From Mayamaea pseudoterrestris (lineage: Eukaryota): DNA of 64,000 bases. How positions within the stretch are numbered: the stretch's first letter is position 1; the number at the start of each line of letters is the position of its first letter. This document shows positions 1-13,672 of this stretch, piece after piece. The notes beneath the pieces are model-generated. The model was not told the origin of the DNA. It saw only the letters and a list, made by a program, of their open reading frames with translations, and searched no databases. The translations under genes and the position numbers were made by a program. The stretch covers positions 2,170,001 through 2,234,000 of the forward strand of contig BROI01000001.1 of NCBI GenBank assembly GCA_027923505.1. The letters are read 5' to 3'.

Positions 1-3000
1 GGGCTGAGACTGGTGACAAGTTGTCACCAAATACATTGCCATCCCCTGAGACACCAGCCAAGCCTACCATCTTGTAGCGCAGCCTGAATAATGATGTTGG
101 CATCATTCTGGTGTATTTTGGGCACCTACAGGGCTTGCTGTAGGGGCGTTTGAATATCCCAGCATCTGCGGGTTGAGACTGGTGACAAGTTGTCACCAAA
201 TATATTGCCATCCCCTGAGACACCAGCCAAGCCTACCATCTTGTAGCGCAGCCTAAATAATGATGTTGGCACCATTCTGGTGTATTTTTGGCACCTACAG
301 GGCTTGCTGTAGGGGCATTTGAAAGTCCTGGTATCTGCGGGCTGAGACTGGTGACAAGTTGTCACCAAATACATTGCCATCCCCTGAGACACCAGCCAAG
401 CCTACCATCTTGTAGCGCAGCCTGAATAATGATGTTGGCACCCTTCTGGTGTATTTTGGGCACCTACAGGGCTTGCTGTAGGGGCGTTTGAATGTCCCAG
501 CATCTGCGGGCTGAGACTGGTGACAAGTTGTCACCAAATACATTGCCATCCCCTGAGACACCAGCCAAGCCTACCATCTTGTAGCGCAGCCTTAATAATG
601 ATGTTAACACCATTCTGGTGTATTTTGGGCACCTACAGGGCCTGCTGTAGGGGCGTTTGAATGTCCCGGCATCTGCGGGCTGAGACTGGTGACAAGTTGT
701 CACCAAATACATTGCCATCCCCTGAGACACCAGCCAAGCCTACCATCTTGTAGCGCAGCCTGAATAATGATGTTGGCACCATTCTGGTGTATTTTGGGCA
801 CCTACAGGGCTTGCTGTAGGGGCGTTTGAATGTCCCGGCATCTGCGGGCTGAGACTGGTGACAAGTTGTCACCAAATACATTGCCATCCCCTGAGACACC
901 AGCCAAGCCTACCATCTTGTAGCGCAGCCTGAATAATGATGTTGGCACCATTCTGGTGTATTTTGGGCACCTACAGGGCTTGCTGTAGGGGCGTTTGAAT
1001 GTCCCGGCATCTGCGGGCTGAGACTGGTGACAAGTTGTCACCAAATACATTGCCATCCCCTGAGACACCAGCCAAGCCTACCATCTTGTAGCGCAGCCTG
1101 AATAATGATGTTGGCACCATTCTGGTGTATTTTGGGCACCTACAGGGCTTGCTGTAGGGGCGTTTGAATGTCCCCGCATCTGCTGGCTGAGACTGGTGAC
1201 AAGTTGTCACCAAATACATTGCCATCCCCTGAGACACCAGCCAAGCCTACCATCTTGTAGCGCAGCCTGAATAATGATGTTGGCACCATTCTGGTGTATT
1301 TTGGGCACCTACAGGGCTTGCTGTAGGGGCGTTTGAAAGTCCCGGCATCTGCGGGCTGAGACTGGTGACAAGTTGTCACCAAATACATTGCCATCCCCTG
1401 AGACACCAGCCAAGCCTACCATCTTGTAGCGCAGCCTGAATAATGATGTTGGCACCATTCTGGTGTATTTCTGGCACCTATAGGGCCTGCTGTAGGGGCA
1501 TTTGAATGTCCCGGCATCTGCGGGCTGAGACTGGTGACAAGTTGTCACCAAATACATTGCCATCCCCTGAGACACCAGCCAAGCCTACCATCTTGTAGCG
1601 CAGCCTGAATAATGATGTTGGCACCATTCTGGTGTATTTTGGGCACCTACAGGGCTTGCTGTAGGGGCGTTTGAATGTCACGGCATCTGCGGGCTGAGAC
1701 TGGTGACAAGTTGTCACCAAATACATTGCCATCCCCTGAGACACCAGCCAAGCCTACCATCTTGTAGCGCAGCCTGAATAATGATGTTGGCACCATTCTG
1801 GTGTATTTTGGGCACCTACAGGGCCTGCTGTAGGGGCGTTTGAATGTCACGGCATCTGCGGGCTGAGACTGGTGACAAGTTGTCACCAAATACATTGCCA
1901 TCCCCTGAGACACCAGCCAAGCCTACCATCTTGTAGCGCAGCCTGAATAATGATGTTGGCACCATTCTGGTGTATTTTGGGCACCTACAGGGCTTGCTGT
2001 AGGGGCATTTGAATGTCCCGGCATCTGCGGGCTGAGACTGGTGACAAGTTGTCACCAAATACATTGCCATCCCCTGAGACACCAGCCAAGCCTACCATTT
2101 TGTAGCGCAGCCTGAATAATGATGTTGGCACCATTCTGGTGTATTTTGGGCACCTACAGGGCCTGCTGTAGGGGCATTTGAATGTCCCGGCATCTGCGGG
2201 CTGAGACTGGTGACAAGTTGTCACCAAATACATTGCCATCCCCTGAGACACCAGCCAAGCCTACCATCTTGTAGCGCAGCCTGAATAATGATGTTGGCAC
2301 CATTCTGGTGTATTTTGGGCACCTACAGGGCTTGCTGTAGGGGCGTTTGAATGTCCCGGCATCTGCGGGCTGAGACTGGTGACAAGTTGTCACCAAATAC
2401 ATTGCCATCCCCTGAGACACCAGCCAAGCCTACCATCTTGTAGCGCAGCCTGAATAATGATGTTGGCACCATTCTGGTGTATTTTGGGCACCTACAGGGC
2501 TTGCTGTAGGGGCGTTTGAATGTCCCGGCATCTGCGGGCTGAGACTGGTGACAAGTTGTCACCAAATACATTGCCATCCCCTGAGACACCAGCCAAGCCT
2601 ACCATCTTGTAGCGCAGCCTGAATAATGATGTTGGCACCATTCTGGTGTATTTTGGGCACCTACAGGGCTTGCTGTAGGGGCGTTTGAATGTCCCGGCAT
2701 CTGCGGGCTGAGACTGGTGACAAGTTGTCACCAAATACATTGCCATCCCCTGAGACACCAGCCAAGCCTACCATCTTGTAGCGCAGCCTGAATAATGATG
2801 TTGGCACCATTCTGGTGTATTTTGGGCACCTACAGGGCTTGCTGTAGGGGCGTTTGAATGTCCCGGCATCTGCGGGCTGAGACTGGTGACAAGTTGTCAC
2901 CAAATACATTGCCATCCCCTGAGACACCAGCCAAGCCTACCATCTTGTAGCGCAGCCTGAATAATGATGTTGGCACCATTCTGGTGTATTTTGGGCACCT

Positions 3001-6000
3001 ACAGGGCCTGCTGTAGGGGCGTTTGAATGTCCCGGCATCTGCGGGCTGAGACTGGTGACAAGTTGTCACCAAATACATTGCCATCCCCTGAGACACCAGC
3101 CAAGCCTACCATCTTGTAGCGCAGCCTGAATAATGATGTTGGCACCATTCTGGTGTATTTTGGGCACCTACAGGGCTTGCTGTAGGGGCGTTTGAATGTC
3201 CCGGCATCTGCGGGCTGAGACTGGTGACAAGTTGTCACCAAATACATTGCCATCCCCTGAGACACCAGCCAAGCCTACCATCTTGTAGCGCAGCCTGAAT
3301 AATGATGTTGGCACCATTCTGGTGTATTTTGGGCACCTACAGGGCTTGCTGTAGGGGCGTTTGAATGTCCCGGCATCTGCGGGCTGAGACTGGTGACAAG
3401 TTGTCACCAAATACATTGCCATCCCCTGAGACACCAGCCAAGCCTACCATCTTGTAGCGCAGCCTGAATAATGATGTTGGCACCCTTCTGGTGTATTTTG
3501 GGCACCTACAGGGCTTGCTGTAGGGGCGTTTGAATGTCCCGGCATCTGCGGGCTGAGACTGGTGACAAGTTGTCACCAAATACATTGCCATCCCCTGAGA
3601 CACCAGCCAAGCCTACCATCTTGTAGCGCAGCCTGAATAATGATGTTGGCACCATTCTGGTGTATTTTGGGCACCTACAGGGCTTGCTGTAGGGGCGTTT
3701 GAATGTCCCGGCATCTGCGGGCTGAGACTGGTGACAAGTTGTCACCAAATACATTGCCATCCCCTGAGACACCAGCCAAGCCTACCATCTTGTAGCGCAG
3801 CCTGAATAATGATGTTGGCACCATTCTGGTGTATTTTGGGCACCTACAGATCTTGCTGTAGGGGCGTTTGAATGTCCCAGCATCTGCGGGCTGAGACTGG
3901 TGACAAGTTGTCACCAAATATATACAATGCTATCCCCTGAGACACCAGCCAAGCCTACCATCTTGTAGCGCAGCCTGAATAATGATGTTGGCACCATTCT
4001 GGTGTATTTTGGGCACCTACAGGGCTTGCTGTAGGGGCGTTTGAATGTCCCGGCATCTGCGGGCTGAGACTGGTGACAAGTTGTCACCAAATACATTGCC
4101 ATCCCCTGAGACACCAGCCAAGCCTACCATCTTGTAGCGCAGCCTGAATAATGATGTTGGCACCATTCTGGTGTATTTTGGGCACCTACAGGGCCTGCTG
4201 TAGGGGCGTTTGAATGTCCCGGCATCTGCGGGCTGAGACTGGTGACAAGTTGTCACCAAATACATTGCCATCCCGTGAGACACCTATCAAGCCTACTTTC
4301 TTGTAGCGCAGCCTGAATAATGATGGTGGCACCATTCTGGTGTATTTTGGGCACCTACAGGGCTTGCTGTAGGGGCGTTTGAATGTCCCGGCATCTGCGG
4401 GCTGAGACTGGTGACAAGTTGTCACCAAATACATTGCCATCCCCTGAGACACCAGCCAAGCCTACCATCTTGTAGCGCAGCCTGAATAATGATGTTGGCA
4501 CCATTCTGGTGTATTTTGGGCACCTACAGGGCTTGCTGTAGGGGCGTTTGAATGTCCCGGCATCTGCGGGCTGAGACTGGTGACAAGTTGTCACCAAATA
4601 CATTGCCATCCCCTGAGACACCAGCCAAGCCTACCATCTTGTAGCGCAGCCTGAATAATGATGTTGGCACCATTCTGGTGTATTTTGGGCACCTACAGGG
4701 CTTGCTGTAGGGGCGTTTGAATGTCCCGGCATCTGCGGGCTGAGACTGGTGACAAGTTGTCACCAAATACATTGCCATCCCCTGAGACACCAGCCAAGCC
4801 TACCATCTTGTAGCGCAGCCTGAATAATGATGTTGGCACCATTCTGGTGTATTTTGGGCACCTACAGGGCTTGCTGTAGGGGCGTTTGAATGTCCCGGCA
4901 TCTGCGGGCTGAGACTGGTGACAAGTTGTCACCAAATACATTGCCATCCCCTGAGACACCAGCCAAGCCTACCATCTTGTAGCGCAGCCTGAATAATGAT
5001 GTTGGCACCATTCTGGTGTATTTTGGGCACCTACAGGGCCTGCTGTAGGGGCGTTTGAATGTCCCGGCATCTGCGGGCTGAGACTGGTGACAAGTTGTCA
5101 CCAAATACATTGCCATCCCCTGAGACACCAGCCAAGCCTACCATCTTGTAGCGCAGCCTGAATAATGATGTTGGCACCATTCTGGTGTATTTTGGGCACC
5201 TACAGGGCTTGCTGTAGGGGCGTTTGAATGTCCCGGCATCTGCGGGCTGAGACTGGTGACAAGTTGTCACCAAATACATTGCCATCCCCTGAGACACCAG
5301 CCAAGCCTACCATCTTGTAGCGCAGCCTGAATAATGATGTTGGCACCATTCTGGTGTATTTTGGGCACCTACAGGGCTTGCTGTAGGGGCGTTTGAATGT
5401 CCCAGCATCTGCGGGCTGAGACTGGTGACAAGTTGTCACCAAATACATTGCCATCCCCTGAGACACCAGCCAAGCCTACCATCTTGTAGCGCAGCCTGAA
5501 TAATGATGTTGGCACCATTCTGGTGTATTTTGGGCACCTACAGGGCTTGCTGTAGGGGCGTTTGAATGTCCCGGCATCTGCGGGGCTGAGACTGGTGACA
5601 AGTTGTCACCAAATACATTGCCATCCCCTGAGACACCAGCCAAGCCTACCATCTTGTAGCGCAGCCTGAATAATGATGTTGGCACCATTCTGGTGTATTT
5701 TGGGCACCTACAGGGCTTGCTGTAGGGGCGTTTGAATGTCCCGGCATCTGCGGGCTGAGACTGGTGACAAGTTGTCACCAAATACATTGCCATCCCCTGA
5801 GACACCAGCCAAGCCTACCATCTTGTAGCGCAGCCTGAATAATGATGTTGGCACCATTCTGGTGTATTTTGGGCACCTACAGGGCTTGCTGTAGGGGCGT
5901 TTGAATGTCCCGGCATCTGCGGGCTGAGACTGGTGACAAGTTGTCACCAAATACATTGCCATCCCCTGAGACACCAGCCAAGCCTACCATCTTGTAGCGC

Positions 6001-9000
6001 AGCCTGAATAATGATGTTGGCACCATTCTGGTGTATTTTGGGCACCTACAGGGCTTGCTGTAGGGGCGTTTGAATGTCCCGGCATCTGCGGGCTGAGACT
6101 GGTGACAAGTTGTCACCAAATACATTGCCATCCCCTGAGACACCAGCCAAGCCTACCATCTTGTAGCGCAGCCTGAATAATGATGTTGGCACCATTCTGG
6201 TGTATTTTGGGCACCTATAGGGCCTGCTGTAGGGGCGTTCGAAGGTCACGGCATCTGCGGACTGAGACTGGTGACAAGTTGTCACCAAATACATTGCCAT
6301 CCCCTGAGACACCAGCCAAGCCTACCATCTTGTAGCGCAGCCTGAATAATGATGTTGGCACCATTCTGGTGTATTTTGGGCACCTACAGGGCTTGCTGTA
6401 GGGGCGTTTGAATGTCCCGGCATCTGCGGGCTGAGACTGGTGACAAGTTGTCACCAAATACATTGCCATCCCCTGAGACACCAGCCAAGCCTACCATCTT
6501 GTAGCGCAGCCTGAATAATGATGTTGGCACCATTCTGGTGTATTTTGGGCACCTACAGGGCTTGCTGTAGGGGCGTTTGAATGTCACGGCATCTGCGGGC
6601 TGAGACTGGTGACAAGTTGTCACCAAATACATTGCCATCCCCTGAGACACCAGCCAAGCCTACCATCTTGTAGCGCAGCCTGAATAATGATGTTGGCACC
6701 ATTCTGGTGTATTTTGGGCACCTACAGGGCCTGCTGTAGGGGCGTTTGCATGTCCCGGCATCTGCGGGCTGAGACTGGTGACAAGTTGTCACCAAATACA
6801 TTGCCATCCCCTGAGACACCAGCCAAGCCTACCATCTTGTAGCGCAGCCTGAAGAATGATGTTGACACCATTCTGGTGTATTTGGGGTACCTACAGGGCT
6901 TGCTGTAGGGGCGTTTGAATGTCCCGGCATCTGCGGGCTGAGACTGGTGACAAGTTGTCACCAAATACATTGCCATCCCCTGAGACACCAGCCAAGCCTA
7001 CCATCTTGTAGCGCAGCCTGAATAATGATGTTGGCACCATTCTGGTGTATTTTGGGCACCTACAGGGCTTGCTGTAGGGGCGTTTGAATGTCATGGCATC
7101 TGCGGGCTGAGACTGGTGACAAGTTGTCACCAAATACATTGCCATCCCCTGAGACACCAGCCAAGCCTACCATCTTGTAGCGCAGCCTGAAGAATGATGT
7201 TGGCACCATTCTGGTGTATTTTGGGCACCTACAGGGCCTGCTGTAGGGGCGTTTGAATGTCCCGGCATCTGCGGGCTGAGACTGGTGACAAGTTGTCACC
7301 AAATACATTGCCATCCCCTGAGACACCAGCCAAGCCTACCATCTTGTAGCGCAGCCTGAATAATGTTGTTGGCACCATTCTGGTGTATTTTGGGCACCTA
7401 CAGGGCTTGCTGTAGGGGCGTTTGAATGTCCCGGCATCTGCGGGCTGAGACTGGTGACAAGTTGTCACCAAATACATTGCCATCCCCTGAGACACCAGCC
7501 TAGCCTACCATCTTGTAGCGCAGCCTGAATAATGATGTTGGCACCATTCTGGTGTATTTTGGGCACCTACAGGGCTTGCTGTAGGGGCGTTTGCATGTCA
7601 CGGCATCTGCGGGCTGAGACTGGTGACAAGTTGTCACCAAATACATTGCCATCCCCTGAGACACCAGCCAAGCCTACCATCTTGTAGCGCAGCCTGAATA
7701 ATGATGTTGGCACCATTCTGGTGTATTTTGGGCACCTACAGGGCCTGCTGTAGGGGCGTTTGAATGTCACAGCATCTGCGGGCTGAGACTGGTGACAAGT
7801 TGTCACCAAATACCATTGCCATCCCCTGAGACACCAGCCAAGCCTACCATCTTGTAGCGCAGCCTGAATAATGATGTTGGCACCATTCTGGTGTATTTTG
7901 GGCACCTACAGGGCTTCCTGTAGGGGCGTTTGAATGTCCCGGCATCTGCGGGCTGAGACTGGTGACAAGTTGTCACCAAATACATTGCCATCCGCTGAGA
8001 CACCAGCCAAGCCTACTATCTTGTGGCGCAGCCTGAATAATGATGTTGGCACCATTCTGGTGTATTTTGGGCACCTACAGGGCTTGCTGTAGGGGCGTTT
8101 GAATGTCCCGGCATCTGCGGGCTGAGACTGGTGACAAGTTGTCACCAAATACATTGCCATCCACTGAGACACCAGCCAAGCCTACCATCTTGTAGCGCAG
8201 CCTGAAGAATGATGTTGACACCATTCTGGTGTATTTTGGGCTCATACAGGGCCTGCTGTAGGGGCGTTTGCATGTCCCAGCATCTGCGGGCTGAGACTGG
8301 TGACAAGTTGTCACCAAATACATTGCCATCCCCTGAGACACCAGCCAAGCCTACCATAATGTAGCGCAGCCTGAATAATGATGTTGGCACCATTCTGGTG
8401 TATTTTGGGCACCTACAGGGCTTGCTGTAGGGGCGTTTGGATGTCCTGGCATCTGCGGGCTGAGACTGGTGACAAGTTGTCACCAAATACATTGCCATCC
8501 CCTGAGACACCAGCCAAGCCTACCCTCTTGTAGCGCAGCCTGAAGAATGATGTTGGCACCCTTCTGGTGTATTTTGGGCACCTACAGGGCCTGCTGTAGG
8601 GGCGTTTGCATGTCCCGGCATCTGCGGGCTGAGACTGGTGACAAGTTGTCACCAAATACATTTCCATCACCTGAGACACCAGCAAAGCCTACCATCTTGT
8701 AGCGCAGCCTGAAGAATGATGTTGACACCATTCTGGTGTATTTTGGGCACCTACAGGGCTTGCTGTAGGGGCGTTTGAATGTCCTGGCATCTGCGGGCTG
8801 AGACTGGTGACAAGTTGTCACCAAATACATTGCCATCCCCTGAGACACCAGCCAAGCCTACCATCTTGTAGCGCAGCCTGAATAATGATGTTGGCACCAT
8901 TCTGGTGTATTTTGGACACCTACAGGGCCTGCTGTAGGGGCGTTTGAATGTCCCGGCATCTGCGGGCTGAGACTGGTGACAAGTTGTCACCAAATACATT

Positions 9001-9034
9001 GCCATCCCCTGAGACACTAGCCAGGCATACCATC
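1..9034. repeat. 169-bp tandem satellite, homogeneous subfamily A, array 1 (~53 monomers, runs off the window start)
   Basis: Exact 169-bp period. Each monomer carries the dyads TGGTGACAA-G-TTGTCACCA and CCTACAG-N6-CTGTAGG. Most monomers read AATGTCCCGG. The array ends at the TG of an LTR at 9035. Confidence 0.99.
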
Positions 9035-9363
9035 TGACACAATATTATTGAGTTGAGTTGACCTGCGTCTTATGACAAGACGGTTAGCTACCTGTGTTTT
9101 GTATGCATTTAATCCTGTGCAGGGTTGAGTCACACTTGTGACCGAATCCTCACATACATGAGTGAAATCGCTGACGATCGAGGCGTGAACCTCGACCGTG
9201 AACCCAGTGAGAATGAGAAAGAAGCGCACGAGTAGAGTAGCGAGTAACATGCACTATTCTAGCAATTGAGTTTGTTTGTTTGCTTTACGCTGGACGAAGA
9301 GGTTGATCGCTCCGAGTCCATTGTAGTCGCTGGAATAAAGGTTCGTCTGATATTATCGTGTCA
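9035..9363 (+). repeat. 5' LTR of copia family A, copy A1 (329 bp)
   Basis: TGACAC...GTGTCA termini; near-identical to 26418-26746, 30981-31309 and 37376-37704. Confidence 0.97.
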
Positions 9364-9378
9364 GATTAACAGTCTTGC
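9364..9378 (+). promoter_or_regulatory. Putative primer-binding site of family A (GATTAACAGTCTTGC); also at 26747 and 31310
   Basis: Lies immediately 3' of the LTR. Its reverse complement GCAAGA-CTGTTAA-TC has the form of a tRNA-Asn(GUU) anticodon arm. Confidence 0.7.
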
Positions 9379-12300
9379 TAGCTTGTCTTGACCTGAGAGA
9401 GCTGTGCGAAAGAGAGAGAGTGAAAGAATCGAGAAATTGAGAGAGAAAGAGCAGATTCCTTGCGGCGTCGTCAATCCGAATACTTGGCATGAGCGCGTAG
9501 AACAGGATCATATAAGGCTCGACTGCATTGAGAGCGGTTGTTGTGTGAGAAAGGACTTGCGGAAAGCGAGGTATTCACTATCATGGTTTCGGTTACTGCG
9601 GAGGCTTTGCAAGCGCTCTGTGTGAACGTTTTCGGACGAGACATCCAAGAAGCGTTCTTGTTTTGGAATGTAACCACCACTACCCAGATGTTGAGATTGA
9701 CCAAGGAGCAACTTGAAGCCCCCTACTGGGTCGACAGAGCCGCCATCCCACCAGGCGTTGGCCAACCTGAAGGCGCGCAACCCGACGATGCGCAGCCGGG
9801 CGACAAGCCGGCCGAGGAACCGGCCGAAGAACAAGCAGCCGCCGCCCCAGCACGATACGAGACGCGTCTACCACCAGTCGACGTGAACCTTATCCTCGAT
9901 GCATGCGAAAGGTTTAACATGCACAACGGAGCCCCGAACACCAAGAGGTGGACGGAGCTTGATTTAGGCAAGCTTGAGCGATTCCAAGAAAGACTCGCCG
10001 AACAAGAAATCGGTCGGAAGCGTGAAGAAGGGTACTATAACCTCAAGTCCAAGAGGGCGCAAGCCGAGCTACTTGCCAAGCAACTCGAAAATGAGAATAT
10101 GAAGGCTGAGAAGGCCGAAAAGGAAGCAGATGCCAAGGGTCGTTTCTCGAACATCAAGACGAAGCGAGATTACAAGGACTACAAAACGTTCCAGCATCCC
10201 CACGGGTGGTTGAGTTGGAGCGCGTCTACCAAGGCAATCGCCAAGCTCCATGGCTGTTCTAACGTGCTCGGAAGAAGAGAAGGAAGAGTTCAAGGAGCAG
10301 CAAATCTTCATGTACACTGCGTTTTGCAATTGTCTCGAAGTACCTGGATACCAATCGCTCCTAATGAAGTACGCTGACGAGTCTGACGCTCAGAGCGTCT
10401 ATCGCAACCTCGCGACCAAGTTTGGTTCCAGCGAGTTAGCTACCATCCAAGCGAACGAACTGCAAGCCAAGCTTGCGACGATTCGCCTAGATTCGACCTG
10501 GACAAAAGGACACTACAAGTTCCTAAACTACATCGAACAGCTCATGAAGAATCTCGAAGAGTTCCGTCCTGGAGTGACGGATGACAAGAAGAAGTACTAC
10601 TGGCTCCGAGCTGCAGTGGAAGGCGACGAAGAGTTCGGCCCCACGTGCACGACATTTGACCAGCACTTAACATTTGAACGATGACGCATCATCAGTGCAA
10701 ACGGTGACCCAGACCCCATCGTAATGGAAGATTATGACTATCATTTTGACATGTTGTCACAGCAGGCTCTGCCCGTCGACAACAAAAACGCCAAGTTGAA
10801 CAAGGGCAAGAAGAACGCCGACCGCCAAGCGAACAACGTGAACACTTCCGGGCAAGGACGTGGTAATGGACGCGGTTCCGGCCATGGCGGAGGACGCGGC
10901 GGCCAAGGCGGACGCGCAGAGACGGACGGTGGGCGTGGCACCCAAGTGGCGCTACGGGTTCCGAGGACGAGGCTCTTCCGCGCCACTACCAGCGAGCCGG
11001 TACGCTGAAGTGCATCGGGAACGATTTCCTGGTGATTATCTGAACTTTGAACAGTTGTTGCAGGCCCCCTGGTTGTTCATGTCGTACAGCACTCGCCGAC
11101 TCAACAGCGCGACGAAACGCCAGCCCACGCAAGCCGCCCTGCAAGACCCGAACAACAAGACGCGCGAATCAACGGAAACCGCTGCGAAAACCAGCAGTCA
11201 GCAGCAGCCGCATCGGTGCCCGCAATCTCGTATCAGAATGACGCCGCCCCCGAAGCACCAACGCACAGCCACTCAAGGTGCAACGATGACATGATTAGAT
11301 CTTCCTTGCGAACGCCGGGTCGTTCGCACTCGCGCGAAACACCAGCAAGAGCTTCGGGGAGCGACGGCCGCCGAACCAAGGCAATGGTATCGGGCGCTAC
11401 ACTCGCGAATCGAGCCGCAGCAACCCCCGAGAGGAACGGGGTCGAGGGGACCGAGCGATATGAGAACTTGAGTACTACCAACACACGAACGTGACAGGTT
11501 TGAGCAACCACACGGTTCGCGACTCCAAGTCGGAACTGGCGCCGCATGATTGAGACTCTCGGACTGAATCTATTTATTATCAGTCTAACCAGTATGCTGG
11601 TACGACGGTGCGAATCCATTCAGCGCAATCGCAGCTGTTCGCTCGCCATCTGGATCGACTAACGCCGCCGCTTCCCAGCAGCGGCGCGCCATTGTCACCA
11701 GTTGTGGCAAGACCATCCCCTTGGCGATCCGTGACGGTTTGCTCTGTATGGATAAGGGCGCCCAACCGACGGATGCAGAGTTGAAATGTATCCGACGGGT
11801 CATTTTCTTCATGGACACCCTTGGATCCGGGCAGAGTTGGATAATGAATGGAACGAAGAAGACGAGTTTAATCGTCAGCTGAATGAATGGAAGAAAACTA
11901 CGGTTTCACGACGCCGCGATGGATGCACTCGGCGACTCCACCTACCGGAACAACATGAACTCAGTGGAACGTGGTGCAAAAAGCATCGACGCAATCAGGT
12001 TGATACGACGCAAGCCAATGCACGACGCATAATGCCAATAAGAAATTTCCGACTACCAAGCGCTTCTCTCTCTCGACCCTTACCTTGGCTATACTACTTG
12101 AACGAGTCAAGCGCACTCATTAAGAATACGATTACAGCTTCGTGCATCGGCACACACCCCATTTCGCCAATACTTTAAGTCGCGATTCCCTGCCGCCATG
12201 TGTGTTTCCCTGACGACACGAGGACAGATACTCTGGTTTTCCAAGGAAGCCGCCAGAAACGACGGGAACCGCGGCCATGGCGGATGCAAGATGATGCAAC

Positions 12301-13672
12301 TGTTCGCCGTGGCAAGAAGAGCCTGCTGACGCAGGGATACCCACTGAGAACCGAGAGAAGCGCTCCTGGCGCAAGACTTAATTCGAGACATGGGCGTCCC
12401 GACTTGCCTATTAGCGATAATCATGAGTGCAGCTCGGAAGCAAAGTTGAAACCTGTTGCGATTCTACGCGATTCAGGACTAACAGAGCGAGCCCGACAGA
12501 ACCAGAATCGCCGAGCGCCGATCCGGCCAGGCCAGTCATCAGTCCAGAACATCATGAACCGCATCGGGCGCACTCCGCTGGAGCCTGGCTCGCGCGCGCT
12601 GCACGTAATTGCCTTGGTCAACAATCTGGCGACCGAGTCCCTCAACTGGGAAGACCCCACTGAAGCCGCCAACCGAGTAATACCTCGACATTACTGCCGG
12701 CTTCCTGCAGTTCGCCCTGGGAACGAGTCCTGTACTGGGCTGGAGCCGACGCAGCCGCCGACATTTCCTCACACACATAGGAAGCAGCAGGACGCTGGGC
12801 CGGCATTGCAGAGAACAAGGGTGACATCCCTCGCGTACTCAAGTTCGATCCGATCGAATCCGGAATGGTTGTTGTCCGATCCAACGCCCGCCCTTTCTCC
12901 GAAGGACAACCTACGCGCTGAAGCTGAAAGCGCCCTGAACCTGAGTCCGAACGACCATTGTTCCGCGGAACCTGTCTTCGACGCACGCCCGCGCGCAGAA
13001 CGAGTGAAACTGGGTCGACGAGTTTGGACGATGAGTATGACCTCCAGCGTCGGTCCGGTGTTTGAACACGACCTACACCGAGCCCACAGCGCCTGACTGG
13101 GGAACGCGGGATGAAGACGCATTCACGCTTGGAAAAGGGCCGAAGTTAGCCGGGTTTGGATCCCGACGGACTCCATGCCGCCCTTTACTCGCTGAACTGA
13201 TGGGACGCGACTGTCCTTCTTGACGAGGAAGACGGCTCCACGCGACGCTACAAGGTTATCGAGCAAACTAAACGATCGCGATGAAGCCAACCACAAGATC
13301 ATCAAGTTCCACTGAGCCTCGGCGACGGGCGACGTCGACGAGCTTATTACCTACAACGAACTAGCCACCTGTGCGAGCGGCAAGATTCTTTACGACTGGG
13401 GACGATGACAACGACGACCAGTACCACAAGTTTGGGATTTCATTGACGGACATGAGGGTCCACTGACACAAGCCGACGCCACGCGCACCGCGGCTCATCC
13501 CACAACTTGCTCATACACTGGGCAAATGAAGTAGGAAGACCTGGGAGCCACTGCATTGATTATCAAGTCCCATTCCTGTGACCGCTGCCGAGTATGGCAA
13601 GCGCAAGGGTATGCTGGAAAAGGATGGATGGAAGCGCTGAGGCGCATGGCAGGACACACTAAACTGTTCCGA

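Larger units (their letters stand above)
9035..13670 (+). mobile_element. Ty1/copia (CoDi-like) family A copy A1: LTR-gag-PR-INT, 3'-truncated and heavily frameshifted
   Basis: Collinear with 30981-35660 but with many indels. It stops before RT at ...CACTAAACTGTT and has no 3' LTR. Confidence 0.93.

Noticed and set aside
1..9034. CRISPR array, suggested by the palindromic repeats
   Set aside because: There are no unique spacers (the whole unit repeats), no cas genes, and the context is eukaryotic.
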